Assembly (NCBI RefSeq): GCF_000015585.1
Contig: NC_008789.1
Span: forward strand, 120,001 to 152,000
DNA from: Halorhodospira halophila SL1
GTDB lineage: Bacteria > Pseudomonadota > Gammaproteobacteria > Nitrococcales > Halorhodospiraceae
Length of the DNA stretch: 32,000 nucleotides
Direction: 5' to 3'
Part shown: piece by piece, positions 1-8,080 of the stretch
How positions within the stretch are numbered: the first letter of the stretch is position 1
Layout of the letters: every line of letters starts with the position of its first letter
The notes under the pieces: model-generated
Database searches by the model: none
Seen by the model: the letters and a program-made list of their open reading frames with translations, nothing else
What the model was told of the DNA's origin: nothing
Program-made: the position numbers and the translations under genes

Positions 1-4
1 CTGC

Positions 5-1528
5 ATGGCTCCGCAAACCGGCACCCCGCTCACTCTGCCCGAGGCGGCCCTGTACCGGCTCGGGCTCACCGCGCAGCCGTTCGTCGGCACCCCCGAGCCC
101 CCCTTCGAGGACAGTGCTCGCGTCACTCAGCTGAACGTCACGCTGAGCCTGCTGCAGAGTGGCGAACGCATCGTGCTGATCAACGGCGATGCGGGCCTGG
201 GTAAGAGCACATTCCTCTGCCGCCTGGCGGCGCTGCAGCCCCCCGGCCTGAGCATGCAGCGGGTCGATGGCCACAACGCCGGTCTCGACACTCTGTGGGG
301 GGCTCTGGTGGCCGCCGCTGAAAGCGAAGAAGGCGCGCAGGCATCCAGAACCCGCGAACAAGCCCTGAACTACGTCCGCAGCGCACGCCGCGGCGGCATC
401 CGCCCCGCCCTGCTCCTGGACGATGTCGACGCCCTGCCACCCGGGCACATCGAAGAACTGCTCGAGCTCTGGGCCGAGCTCAGCCAGGACGACGAAGCCT
501 TCAGCCTGGCCATGGCCCTCGACCCGGGGGAGCTACAGAAGCTCCCGGCGACGCTCTCAGACGAGCGCTTCCACACCACGACCCTGTATCCACTCGACCA
601 AGAGCAGACGGCCGCCTATCTCGACCACCGCGTCCGGAGCGCCGGCGCCGAGCAGGCCCTCTTTGACCGCGAAACGGTTCGGGAGATCTTTCACCGCTCG
701 GGCGGACACCCGGAGCGCATCAACGAAGAGGCGCATCGACGCCTGACCGCTCGCCTGGCCAACCCCGGCGAGGTGCCGCCGGCACCCCGACCCGTACTGC
801 CGGCACACCCCGGCCGGCGAGGGCTCCGGTGGGCTCTCGCGGGGGTCAGCAGTGTCGCCGCGGCAGTGGCTGGCACGTACTGGTTGATTGCCCACCAGCT
901 GCCGAGCGGACCGTCGACGGATGAACTCGCCATCGAAGATTTCGAGGAACCCGAGGAGGAGACGGTAGCGGCGGAGAGCGACGAGATCGAACCGGCCAGC
1001 GACACCCCGTTCGGGCTGGAGTTGCCGGGGCGCTACAGCTTCCGCGATGACCACGAGGAGGCGGACACCCCCTCCACGCCGGACCAGCCCACCGAGACCC
1101 TGCAACTCCTCGAGATACCTTCCGGCCCCGCCCAAGAGCCCTCACCCACCGAGGACGCCCCGACGATCGACCATGAGGCGGACGAGGAAGCCGCGCCGAC
1201 CGCGGAGCAGGATGAGGATGATTGGGCTGCCGGCGCGGCCTGGGTCCTGAATGAGGAGGCGGATCGCTACACCATCCAGGTACTGGCGGCCTCCCAGCCC
1301 ACCACCCTGGAGGGCTATGCGGAGCAACACGACCTGGGCGATCCGACCCACGTGGTCTCCACCGAGCGGGGAGACGGCGACCCCTGGTTCCTGCTGCTGC
1401 ACGGTTCCCACGAGGACCGCGAGGCCGCTCACGCGGCCCTGGCGGCGTTGCCCGAGGAGATCGCCGAGCGCGGGGCGTGGGTCCGCTCTTTTGAGTCGGT
1501 GGAAGAGGGCCTGGTAACCGACGACTAA
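5..1528 (+). CDS. ExeA/GspA-like AAA ATPase, TM segment, acidic linker and C-terminal SPOR (DamX-like) peptidoglycan-binding domain
   Basis: 507-aa ORF. The N-terminus LYRLGLTAQPF...VLINGDAGLGKSTF (Walker A) and ALLLDDVD (Walker B-like) follow the ExeA/MshM-type ATPase layout. There is a hydrophobic span WALAGVSSVAAAVAGTYWLIA and a long D/E/P-rich linker. The C-terminus RYTIQVLAAS...DPWFLLLHGSHEDREAAHAALAALPEEIAERGAWVRSF matches the SPOR/DamX pattern from memory. The ATG at 5 is 4 nt from the window edge and the frame is open upstream, so the true start could lie outside the window. Confidence 0.75.
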   Translation: MAPQTGTPLTLPEAALYRLGLTAQPFVGTPEPPFEDSARVTQLNVTLSLLQSGERIVLINGDAGLGKSTFLCRLAALQPPGLSMQRVDGHNAGLDTLWGALVAAAESEEGAQASRTREQALNYVRSARRGGIRPALLLDDVDALPPGHIEELLELWAELSQDDEAFSLAMALDPGELQKLPATLSDERFHTTTLYPLDQEQTAAYLDHRVRSAGAEQALFDRETVREIFHRSGGHPERINEEAHRRLTARLANPGEVPPAPRPVLPAHPGRRGLRWALAGVSSVAAAVAGTYWLIAHQLPSGPSTDELAIEDFEEPEEETVAAESDEIEPASDTPFGLELPGRYSFRDDHEEADTPSTPDQPTETLQLLEIPSGPAQEPSPTEDAPTIDHEADEEAAPTAEQDEDDWAAGAAWVLNEEADRYTIQVLAASQPTTLEGYAEQHDLGDPTHVVSTERGDGDPWFLLLHGSHEDREAAHAALAALPEEIAERGAWVRSFESVEEGLVTDD

Positions 1529-1601
1529 CCCGCAGTCAGCACGGTGACGGCTGTAACGACCCGACATTTTTTTGACGCACCCTGGGTGTCAATTCCCTGA
1601 C

Positions 1602-2657
1602 ATGTCAACCGAACGTCCTACCGTGTGGATCCGATTCCCGGAGGCCAGTGGCCGGCCCGACTTGCCGCTGCGCCTGGGCGACACCCTGGAAGGCCGGGCC
1701 CGCCTGACCAACGCCGGGCTGGTCCTGATCCTCGGCGAGCACCGCCTGCCGGCCCGCGCGGATGTTCCGGTGGCCGACGGTGACCGCCTGCGCCTGCGGG
1801 TGGCCGGCGTCGGTCACCCGCTCGTGCTGCAGGTGACCCACCACCTTGGGCCGCGCCCGGCACTGCAGTCGACCCTGCGCCAGGCCCCGCCCCGGCAGAC
1901 CACCGCGGAGTCGCTGGTATCCAGCCTGCGCACAGCTGCGCGGGGCACCCCCTCGCCCATCACTTTGCACGCAGCGTGCCAGAACTTCTGGGCCACCCTG
2001 CCCTCGGCCCAGGCGCTGAGTTCGGCCAGCGGCGTTCGAACCACCCTGAACCGCGCTGGCCTCTGCCTGGAGGCCCGCCTGGCGCTTGGGGCAGAGACAC
2101 GGGATGACCTCAAGGGGCGACTGAGCGCCTGGATTGCTTCGCTGCGCCGACACCACCCCCTGGACCCGCGGCACCAAGCAGCCACCGATGGCGCTCCGGC
2201 CGAGCGGGCCCTGCTGCAACAGCTGGAGGCCTTCTTCTGGCGCATCCAGGCGATTCAGGCACACCGGGCCCTCCACACCCGAGGCACAGCAGATTGGACC
2301 TTCGATCTCCCCGTTCGCGACGGCGACGCCCTCCACGCCCTGCGGTTGCGGGTCCGGCCAGCCACCGGAGCGCCGGGGCAGGCCGCGTGGACCATCGAAG
2401 CCCGCCTGACGCTGGAGCGGCTCGGCCCCGTCGCGGCATCGCTACACTTGGCCGATGGGCGGGCCGACCTGACCTGGTGGGCCCAGGACCGCTCCAGCGC
2501 CGAACGACTAGCGGGCGCCCTGCCCTGGCTGGAGGAACGGCTCCGCGGCGCCGGCCTGGAGCCCGGCGCGATCACGTGCTACCACGGGTGGCCCGCCTAC
2601 GACGGGACGGCCCCCACGACCACCGCGACCCCGGGGATCATTGATGAGCAGATCTGA
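1602..2657 (+). CDS. FliK-like protein (flagellar hook-length control C-terminal, Flg_hook-like domain)
   Basis: The ORF is 1572..2657 from a TTG, and the first ATG is at 1602; neither start has a clear Shine-Dalgarno. The C-terminal segment AWTIEARLTLERLGPVAASLHLADGRADLTWWAQDRSSAERLAGALPWLEERLRGAGLE fits the recalled FliK C-terminal pattern. The N-terminal GDTLEGRARL...GDRLRLRVAG resembles orphan FliK-like proteins. GC3-rich coding bias runs throughout. Confidence 0.55.
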   Translation: MSTERPTVWIRFPEASGRPDLPLRLGDTLEGRARLTNAGLVLILGEHRLPARADVPVADGDRLRLRVAGVGHPLVLQVTHHLGPRPALQSTLRQAPPRQTTAESLVSSLRTAARGTPSPITLHAACQNFWATLPSAQALSSASGVRTTLNRAGLCLEARLALGAETRDDLKGRLSAWIASLRRHHPLDPRHQAATDGAPAERALLQQLEAFFWRIQAIQAHRALHTRGTADWTFDLPVRDGDALHALRLRVRPATGAPGQAAWTIEARLTLERLGPVAASLHLADGRADLTWWAQDRSSAERLAGALPWLEERLRGAGLEPGAITCYHGWPAYDGTAPTTTATPGIIDEQI

Positions 2658-2913
2658 CCTGGAGCCTGACCAGTTCGGCCGCGCCGTTCTGGAGCAGGCA
2701 TCCGCACAGGGCTTCGCCTTACCCGACGACCCGGACCTGGCCGCAGCGCTGGCCAACCTGGAGAGCGCGCCGGAGTTGTCCCCAGAGGTTGCCGAGGCCA
2801 TCGCGGCCCTGCTTGAGTTCGCCTGGGCTACCGAGCGGGACGCCGGGGGTCACCCCGCCGTCGGCCAGCCCGATCACCCCGAGGGGTCGCCCTCCCCGCG
2901 CCCCGGGCCGTGA
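2644..2913 (+). CDS. Small FlhB C-terminal-like protein (EscU/YscU/FlhB_CC family), apparently lacking the N-terminal strands
   Basis: 89/90-aa ORF (TTG 2641 or ATG 2644) overlapping the FliK-like stop by 14-17 nt. GRAVLEQASAQGFALPDDPDLAAALANLESAPELSPEVAEAIAALLEFAW aligns by eye to the conserved G.G..A..I...A...G.P..ed..L...L..l.....IP.ely.avAeilafv of small FlhB-like proteins. The usual AVAL.Y....AP.VVA segment is absent. The Pro/Gly-rich tail overlaps the convergent gene. Confidence 0.4.
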   Translation: MSRSDLEPDQFGRAVLEQASAQGFALPDDPDLAAALANLESAPELSPEVAEAIAALLEFAWATERDAGGHPAVGQPDHPEGSPSPRPGP

Positions 2914-3302
2914 AGTAGGACCACGAGATCCGCCTCCACCTGGCTGATCTCGCAGGTATCAGCAATCTCCTGCGCCGCCGCGCCCTTGCGCGCCATGCGG
3001 ATCGCCTGGTTGAAGCGGCTGCCGTCCGTGCCCCCGGCCGCGGCAACCTGGTCCAGACGACGCCGCAGTCGGGCCAGATTCTGCTCCAGGCGCGCCAGGT
3101 GCTCACCCTGGCCGACGGCCCCGGCGGACAACCCCCGGAAGTGCTCGAGGATCTGACGGGTGGTCGCCTCAATACTCTCCATGCGCTGCTCGGCCTGGTG
3201 CACCCGCTCCAGGGCCTGCCGCACACGGTGGAGAGCGTAGCCCGCCAACACCAAGGCAACGGCCAGGGCCACCACGAGCACCGCGGCGATCAACCAGGCC
3301 AT
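2874..3302 (-). CDS. DUF2802-like membrane-anchored protein (family usually found in flagellar/chemotaxis clusters)
   Basis: Only the last 142 codons of track ORF 2874..4304 are used. The ATG at 3302 is preceded by AAGGAG with a 7-nt spacer. It has an N-terminal TM segment (WLIAAVLVVALAVALVLAGYAL), a coiled-coil middle, and a C-terminal FNQAIRMARKGAAAQEIADTCEISQVEADLVVLLHG matching the recalled DUF2802 HTH-like signature. It starts 13 nt after the cysS stop. Confidence 0.55.
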   Translation of the reverse strand: MAWLIAAVLVVALAVALVLAGYALHRVRQALERVHQAEQRMESIEATTRQILEHFRGLSAGAVGQGEHLARLEQNLARLRRRLDQVAAAGGTDGSRFNQAIRMARKGAAAQEIADTCEISQVEADLVVLLHGPGRGEGDPSG

Positions 3303-3315
3303 GCGACTCTCCTTA

Positions 3316-4695
3316 TCAGCGGGTGCGGCGCCACTTGGTTCCCTCCGGCGTATCCTCCAGCTCGATCCCCCGCGCCTGGAGCTCATCGCGGATGCGATCG
3401 GCCTCGGCGAAATCCTTCGCCTTGCGCGCGGCGGTTCGCTGCGCCACCAGCGACTCGATCTCCTCGGCCTCGGCATCGGCAACATCGCCGCGCAGGTAGG
3501 CCTCCGGGTCCTGCTGAAGCAGTCCCAGGACCGCGCCGAGCTCACGCAGCTCAGCCGCTGCGGACGCCGCTCCCGAGGCATCCCCCGCCTCACGCAGGCG
3601 GTTGATCTCCCGGGCGCCATCGAACAGCACTGCCAGCGCCTCGCGGGTGTTGAAGTCGTCGTCCATGGCCTCGCGGAAGCGCTCGCGCGCCTGACTGCGA
3701 GCCGGGGCCGCCGCCGGCAGACCGCGCAGGGCATTGTAGAGCCGCTCCAGACCCCCCCGGGCCTCGTCCAGCGCGTCGCCGGTGTAGTTGAGTGGGCTGC
3801 GGTAGTGGCTGGAGAGGAGGAACAGGCGCACGACCTCGGCCGGATGTTCGGCCAGAACATCGCGCACCGTAAAGAAGTTGCCCAGGGACTTGGCCATCTT
3901 CTCATCGTCGATGCGCACGTGACCGTTGTGCATCCAGTAGTTGACGAAGCGATGACCGCTGGCGCACTCACTCTGGGCGATCTCGTTCTCATGGTGAGGG
4001 AACTGCAGATCGACCCCGCCGCCGTGGATATCGAAATGGCTGCCGAGCAGATCGCGGGACATGGCCGAGCACTCGATGTGCCACCCGGGCCGGCCGTCGC
4101 CCCAGGGCGAGGGCCAGGCCGGCTCGCCGCTCTTGGCAGCCTTCCAGAGGACAAAATCCACCGGATCGTGCTTAGCCTCGTCCGGCTCGATGCGCGAACC
4201 GGAACGCAGCTCCTCGACCCGGCGCCCCGAGAGCTTGCCGTACTCCGGGAAACTGGCCACTGAGAAGTAGACGTCGCCGTTGTCTCCGACGTAGGCGTGG
4301 CCACCGGCGATCAACTCCTCGATCAGGGCGATCATGGACTCGAGGCGCTCGGTGGCCCGCGGCTCATGGTCCGGCGGCTCGACGCCCAGCGCCGAGCAGT
4401 CCTCGTGCATGGCCCGGATGAAGCGATCGGTCAAGGCGGTCATCGGCTCGCCGTTTTCCGCAGCACGGCGGATGATCTTGTCGTCGATGTCGGTGATGTT
4501 GCGCACATAGGTCACCTCGTAACCCAGCCAGCGCAGATAGCGCACCACCGCATCGAAGACCACCAGGGCCCGGGCGTGCCCGAGGTGGCAGAAATCGTAG
4601 ACCGTCATACCGCACACGTAGATCCGCACTTGCCCCGGCTCGATGGGCTGGAACGGCTCTTTCGCCCCGGTCAGGCTGTTGTGGATCTTCAGCAT
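3316..4695 (-). CDS. cysS: Cysteine--tRNA ligase
   Basis: Full-length CysRS: [16 protein letters not shown] (HIGH region) and KMAKSLGN (KMSKS). Start is ATG at 4695, with an in-frame GTG at 4698. The ATG overlaps the gltX TGA (TGATG). Confidence 0.97.
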   Translation of the reverse strand: MLKIHNSLTGAKEPFQPIEPGQVRIYVCGMTVYDFCHLGHARALVVFDAVVRYLRWLGYEVTYVRNITDIDDKIIRRAAENGEPMTALTDRFIRAMHEDCSALGVEPPDHEPRATERLESMIALIEELIAGGHAYVGDNGDVYFSVASFPEYGKLSGRRVEELRSGSRIEPDEAKHDPVDFVLWKAAKSGEPAWPSPWGDGRPGWHIECSAMSRDLLGSHFDIHGGGVDLQFPHHENEIAQSECASGHRFVNYWMHNGHVRIDDEKMAKSLGNFFTVRDVLAEHPAEVVRLFLLSSHYRSPLNYTGDALDEARGGLERLYNALRGLPAAAPARSQARERFREAMDDDFNTREALAVLFDGAREINRLREAGDASGAASAAAELRELGAVLGLLQQDPEAYLRGDVADAEAEEIESLVAQRTAARKAKDFAEADRIRDELQARGIELEDTPEGTKWRRTR

Positions 4696-6128
4696 CACTC
4701 CCCCTGCGCGCCTTGTTCGGCGGCGAGCGTGGCGGCGCGCCTGAGACGCTCGACCACCCGCTCACCGCCCATCAGGTCGACCACCGGCTGCAGCTCCGGA
4801 CCGCTACATCGGCCGGTGAGTGCCGCGCGCAGCGGCATGAAGAGTTGCTTGCCCTTGACGCCGGTGCGCTCCTTGACTGCCTCGGTCAGCCCCTTGAAAC
4901 GGGTGTAGCCCTCCTCGGCAGCCCCCGCCGCCGCCTCGAAGAACTCGGCACCAGCCGAGACAATGGCGGCTTCGGCATCGGCGTCGAGTTCCGGCGGCCC
5001 GGCGAAGACACGCTTGGCCCAGTCCCGGGCCTCCGCCGGGAAGCGCACGTTGCCCCGCACCGCGTTGACCAGGTCTTCGGCGTATCCCGGGGGGACCAGG
5101 GCGTCGATTCCCATCCACGGCCGCAGCCGTCGCACCGAGCTGCCGTGTACGGCCTCCTCCTGCCAGTGCCGCAGGTGGTCAGGATCAAAGCGCGACGGCG
5201 CCGTGCTAATACGCGCCGGGTCGAACCCCTCGGCGAGGCCCGCGAGATCGAGCAGCGCCTCGGACTCGCAGGTGTGGCCCACACGCGCCAGGTAATTGAG
5301 CATCGCCTCGGGCAGGTAGCCGTCGCGAGCCAGTTCCCCGACCGAGCGGCTGCCGTTGCGTTTGGACAGCGGCGCGCCGTCGTTCCCGGTGATCAAACCC
5401 ATGTGACCGTAACGCGGCGCCGCGAGCCCCAGGGCCTGAAGGATCAGCAGCTGCCGCGGGGTATTGGTGAGATGGTCGTCGCCCCTCAGGACGTCGGTGA
5501 TCCCCATCAGGGCGTCATCGACGGCGTTGGTGAACAGGTAGGCGGCAGTGCCGTCGGCGCGGCGGATGATGAAATCGCCGATATCGTCGGTGCGAAAGCG
5601 CTGCTCCCCGTGGATGCGATCCTCGAAGCGCACCTCATCCCCGCTCGGCACCCGAAAGCGCAGCGCCGGCTGCATCCCCTCGGCGCGCTTGCGCGCGACC
5701 TCCTCGGCAGTGAGTCGCGCACAGGTCCCCGGGTAACGCGGCGGCTGTCCGGCAGAACGCTGGGCACGGCGGGCCATTTCCAGCTCGCGCTCACTGCAGA
5801 AGCAGGGGTAGGCCCACCCCTCCGCCTCGAGCTGGCGGTAGTAGGCGTCGTAGAGGAAGCCCCGCTCGAACTGGTGGTACGGCGGCGCTGGACCGCCCAC
5901 CTCCGGCCCTTCCTGCCAATCCAGGCCCAGCCAGCGCAGATCGCCCATCAGCGAACGGGTCGCCTCGGGGCTGTAGCGTTCACGGTCGGTATCCTCGATC
6001 CGCAGCACGAACCGTCCGCCGTGGCCATAGGCCAGCAGGGCGTTGAACAGCGCCGTACGGAGATTACCGAGGTGCAGGGCCCCGGTCGGGCTCGGTGCGA
6101 AGCGGGTCTTAACGGTCATCTCGTTCAT
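4695..6128 (-). CDS. gltX: Glutamate--tRNA ligase
   Basis: [22 protein letters not shown] (HIGH), LSKRNG (KMSKS-type; the first Lys is replaced, reading PLSKR), a Zn-type CFC...C cluster, and a full anticodon-binding C-terminal domain. Start is the ATG at 6128. The 115 codons upstream in track ORF 4695..6473 cross the intergenic region and lpxH, and I discard them. Confidence 0.95.
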   Translation of the reverse strand: MNEMTVKTRFAPSPTGALHLGNLRTALFNALLAYGHGGRFVLRIEDTDRERYSPEATRSLMGDLRWLGLDWQEGPEVGGPAPPYHQFERGFLYDAYYRQLEAEGWAYPCFCSERELEMARRAQRSAGQPPRYPGTCARLTAEEVARKRAEGMQPALRFRVPSGDEVRFEDRIHGEQRFRTDDIGDFIIRRADGTAAYLFTNAVDDALMGITDVLRGDDHLTNTPRQLLILQALGLAAPRYGHMGLITGNDGAPLSKRNGSRSVGELARDGYLPEAMLNYLARVGHTCESEALLDLAGLAEGFDPARISTAPSRFDPDHLRHWQEEAVHGSSVRRLRPWMGIDALVPPGYAEDLVNAVRGNVRFPAEARDWAKRVFAGPPELDADAEAAIVSAGAEFFEAAAGAAEEGYTRFKGLTEAVKERTGVKGKQLFMPLRAALTGRCSGPELQPVVDLMGGERVVERLRRAATLAAEQGAQGE

Positions 6129-6136
6129 GGCGGCGC

Positions 6137-6145
6137 ATTTTAACA
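6137..6145 (-). promoter_or_regulatory. Candidate extended -10 element (TGTTAAAAT on the minus strand) 8 nt upstream of the gltX ATG
   Basis: The reverse complement of 6137..6145 is TGTTAAAAT (TGn + TAAAAT, 5/6 to TATAAT). No -35 match and no SD lie between it and the ATG at 6128. Confidence 0.3.
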
Positions 6146-6242
6146 GCGTCGCCCGTCTCCGGGGGCATCCCGTCTCCTTGCCCGTTCTGCCGCCTCGGGC
6201 GAGACTATCGCTCCGCCAAGACACACGATTCGGACCGACGCC

Positions 6243-6971
6243 ATGCCCCGACCCGTTCTGGTCATCGCCGACCTGCACCTGGACCGCAGCCGCCCGGCCG
6301 CCACACAGACTTTCCTGCGCTTCCTTGAAGAGGAAGCGCCGCAGGCCGAGGCCGTCTACATCCTCGGCGACCTGTTCGAGGCGTGGATCGGCGACGATTC
6401 GGTCGCTGCCGACGACCCCACCCTGCTGGCCCTGCGCGCCGCAGCGACGACCACGTCCATCCACGTCATGCACGGCAATCGGGACTTCCTGCTCGGCGCT
6501 GACTTCGCCACGGCCAGCGGGGTCAACCTTCTACCGGACCCGAGCGTGGTGACCATCCACGGCGAACGCGTCCTGATGATGCACGGCGACAGCCTGTGCA
6601 CCGGTGACGCCGAATACATGCAGTTCCGCGCCATGGTCCGGGATCCGGCATGGCAGCGGCAGTTCCTCGCCCTGCCCATCGAAGAGCGCCTCGACCAGGC
6701 CCGGCAAGCCCGCGGCGCCAGTACCAAGCGGAACCAGCAGCTGGATGAGGCCATCATGGATGTCACCCCGGAGGCCGTGGATACCGCAATGCGCGATCAC
6801 GGCGTCCGCTGGCTGATTCACGGCCACACCCACCGGCCAGGCATCCACGATGTCAAGACCGCATCAGGGACCGGGAAGCGCTTCGTGGTGGGCGACTGGT
6901 TCGATCAGGGCAGCGTCCTGCGCTGCCATTCCGATCGCTGGACGCTGGAGACCTTGCCCCACGAGGCCTAG
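6243..6971 (+). CDS. lpxH: UDP-2,3-diacylglucosamine diphosphatase
   Basis: Calcineurin-like phosphoesterase motifs occur in LpxH order: VIADLHLD, ILGDLFEAWIGDD, HGNRD, MHGD, GHTHRP. Length is 242 aa. Confidence 0.93.
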   Translation: MPRPVLVIADLHLDRSRPAATQTFLRFLEEEAPQAEAVYILGDLFEAWIGDDSVAADDPTLLALRAAATTTSIHVMHGNRDFLLGADFATASGVNLLPDPSVVTIHGERVLMMHGDSLCTGDAEYMQFRAMVRDPAWQRQFLALPIEERLDQARQARGASTKRNQQLDEAIMDVTPEAVDTAMRDHGVRWLIHGHTHRPGIHDVKTASGTGKRFVVGDWFDQGSVLRCHSDRWTLETLPHEA

Positions 6972-6972
6972 C

Positions 6973-7016
6973 CCGCGGAGGCAGGCGCCGTCATCATCAC
7001 GCCGCCTGCCCCGCGG
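6973..7016. terminator. GC-rich hairpin between convergent lpxH and dusA (right arm lies inside the last dusA codons)
   Basis: CCGCGG-A-GGCAGGCG-C-CGT (6973..6991), loop CATCATC, then ACG-C-CGCCTGCC-CCGCGG (6999..7016). That gives about 17 bp with one bulge and one mismatch. There is no U-tract. Confidence 0.4.
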
Positions 7017-7983
7017 TCACACACGTCAGAGCCCGCTCGATGACCTCGGGGCCGGCCCCCGGCTGCTGGCTGCCCTCGGTCAGGGTCCGCCGCCAGGCGC
7101 GGGCACCGGGCAGGCCGTTGAACAGCCCCATGAGCACTTTGACCAGCTGACTCATGGGCACCCCCTCGCGTCGGCGTGCCTCGACATACGGCAGATACGC
7201 CACCACGACCCCCCGGCGTTCAGGTAGCTCGCCGCCGAACAGCAGGCGATCCCAATGCGCCAGGGCGTAGGGGTTGGAGAACGCCTCGCGGCCGACCATC
7301 ACCCCGTCGACCCACTGCAGCTGCTCCTGCAGCGTCACCGTGTCGGCGATCCCACCGTTGATCGCCACCTCCAGCTCCGGCCGTCGCGCCTTGAGCCGGT
7401 GCACCCGCTGATAATCGAGCGGCGGGACCTCTCGGTTCTCCTTGGGGCTGAGCCCGGCAAGCCACGCCTTGCGGGCATGGACGATGAAAGTCCGGCAACC
7501 GGCTGCAGCCACAGTCTCCACGAAGGCGTCGAGGAACGACTCGCTGTCGTGTTCATCGACACCAATGCGCGACTTGACGGTCACCGGGAGGTTCGTCTCT
7601 GCCCGCATGGCGGCCACGCAATCGGCGACCCGCGACGGCTCAAGCATCAGACACGCCCCGAAACGCCCCGACTGCACACGGTCACTGGGGCAGCCGACGT
7701 TGAGGTTGACCTCGTCATACCCCCACTGCTCGGCGAGCCGCGCTGCGTAGGCCAGCTCCTGGGGATCGCTGCCGCCAAACTGCACCGCGACCGGGTGCTC
7801 CGCAGGGTGAAACGGCAGGAAACGCTCCGCAGCGCCATGCCAGAGCGCCACGGCCGGCACCATCTCGGTGTAGAGACGCACATGCGGTGCCAACAGGCGC
7901 AGGAAATAGCGCGCAGCCGGCGTGGTCCACTCCATCATCGGAGCAACGCTCAAGCGACCGTGAACGCCCGGCTGTTCGGTCAT
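6997..7983 (-). CDS. dusA: tRNA-dihydrouridine synthase A
   Basis: LSVAPMMEWTT...YTEMV, NLNVGCPSDRVQSGRFGACLM and a DusA-type C-terminus. The ATG at 7983 is preceded by GAGGGGA; an in-frame GTG at 8007 is a less likely start. Confidence 0.93.
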   Translation of the reverse strand: MTEQPGVHGRLSVAPMMEWTTPAARYFLRLLAPHVRLYTEMVPAVALWHGAAERFLPFHPAEHPVAVQFGGSDPQELAYAARLAEQWGYDEVNLNVGCPSDRVQSGRFGACLMLEPSRVADCVAAMRAETNLPVTVKSRIGVDEHDSESFLDAFVETVAAAGCRTFIVHARKAWLAGLSPKENREVPPLDYQRVHRLKARRPELEVAINGGIADTVTLQEQLQWVDGVMVGREAFSNPYALAHWDRLLFGGELPERRGVVVAYLPYVEARRREGVPMSQLVKVLMGLFNGLPGARAWRRTLTEGSQQPGAGPEVIERALTCVTAGQAA

Positions 7984-8016
7984 TGATCCCCTCTTCTCCG
8001 ATCGCACAGCGACGGT

Positions 8017-8044
8017 TTGCCATGTGCCACGGGCTGCGTATTAT
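8017..8044 (+). promoter_or_regulatory. Candidate sigma70 promoter for the glutaredoxin-like/L,D-transpeptidase operon
   Basis: TTGCCA (8017..8022, 5/6), a 16-nt spacer, then TATTAT (8039..8044, 5/6). It sits 37 nt upstream of the ATG at 8081 in the dusA-divergent spacer. Confidence 0.4.
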
Positions 8045-8080
8045 ACGCGAAGGTACGACTCCTATCGCCACACACCTTCC

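Noticed and set aside
1529-1573. T7 run after the ExeA-SPOR gene as an intrinsic terminator
   Set aside because: I could find only 3-4 bp stems preceding the T-run, so it does not meet a hairpin-plus-U-tract criterion. It may simply be part of the next promoter region.
3303-4304. Upstream two-thirds of track ORF 2874..4304 (476 aa)
   Set aside because: This part is an alternative frame inside cysS. Only the last 142 codons, from the SD-preceded ATG at 3302, form a plausible gene (DUF2802-like).
4713-6143. 476-aa ORF antisense to gltX
   Set aside because: A shadow ORF opposite a full-length GluRS, with no motifs.
6129-6473. 115-codon N-terminal extension of the gltX ORF
   Set aside because: The extension crosses the divergent spacer and the 5' end of lpxH. 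GluRS homology begins at the ATG at 6128 ([16 protein letters not shown]).
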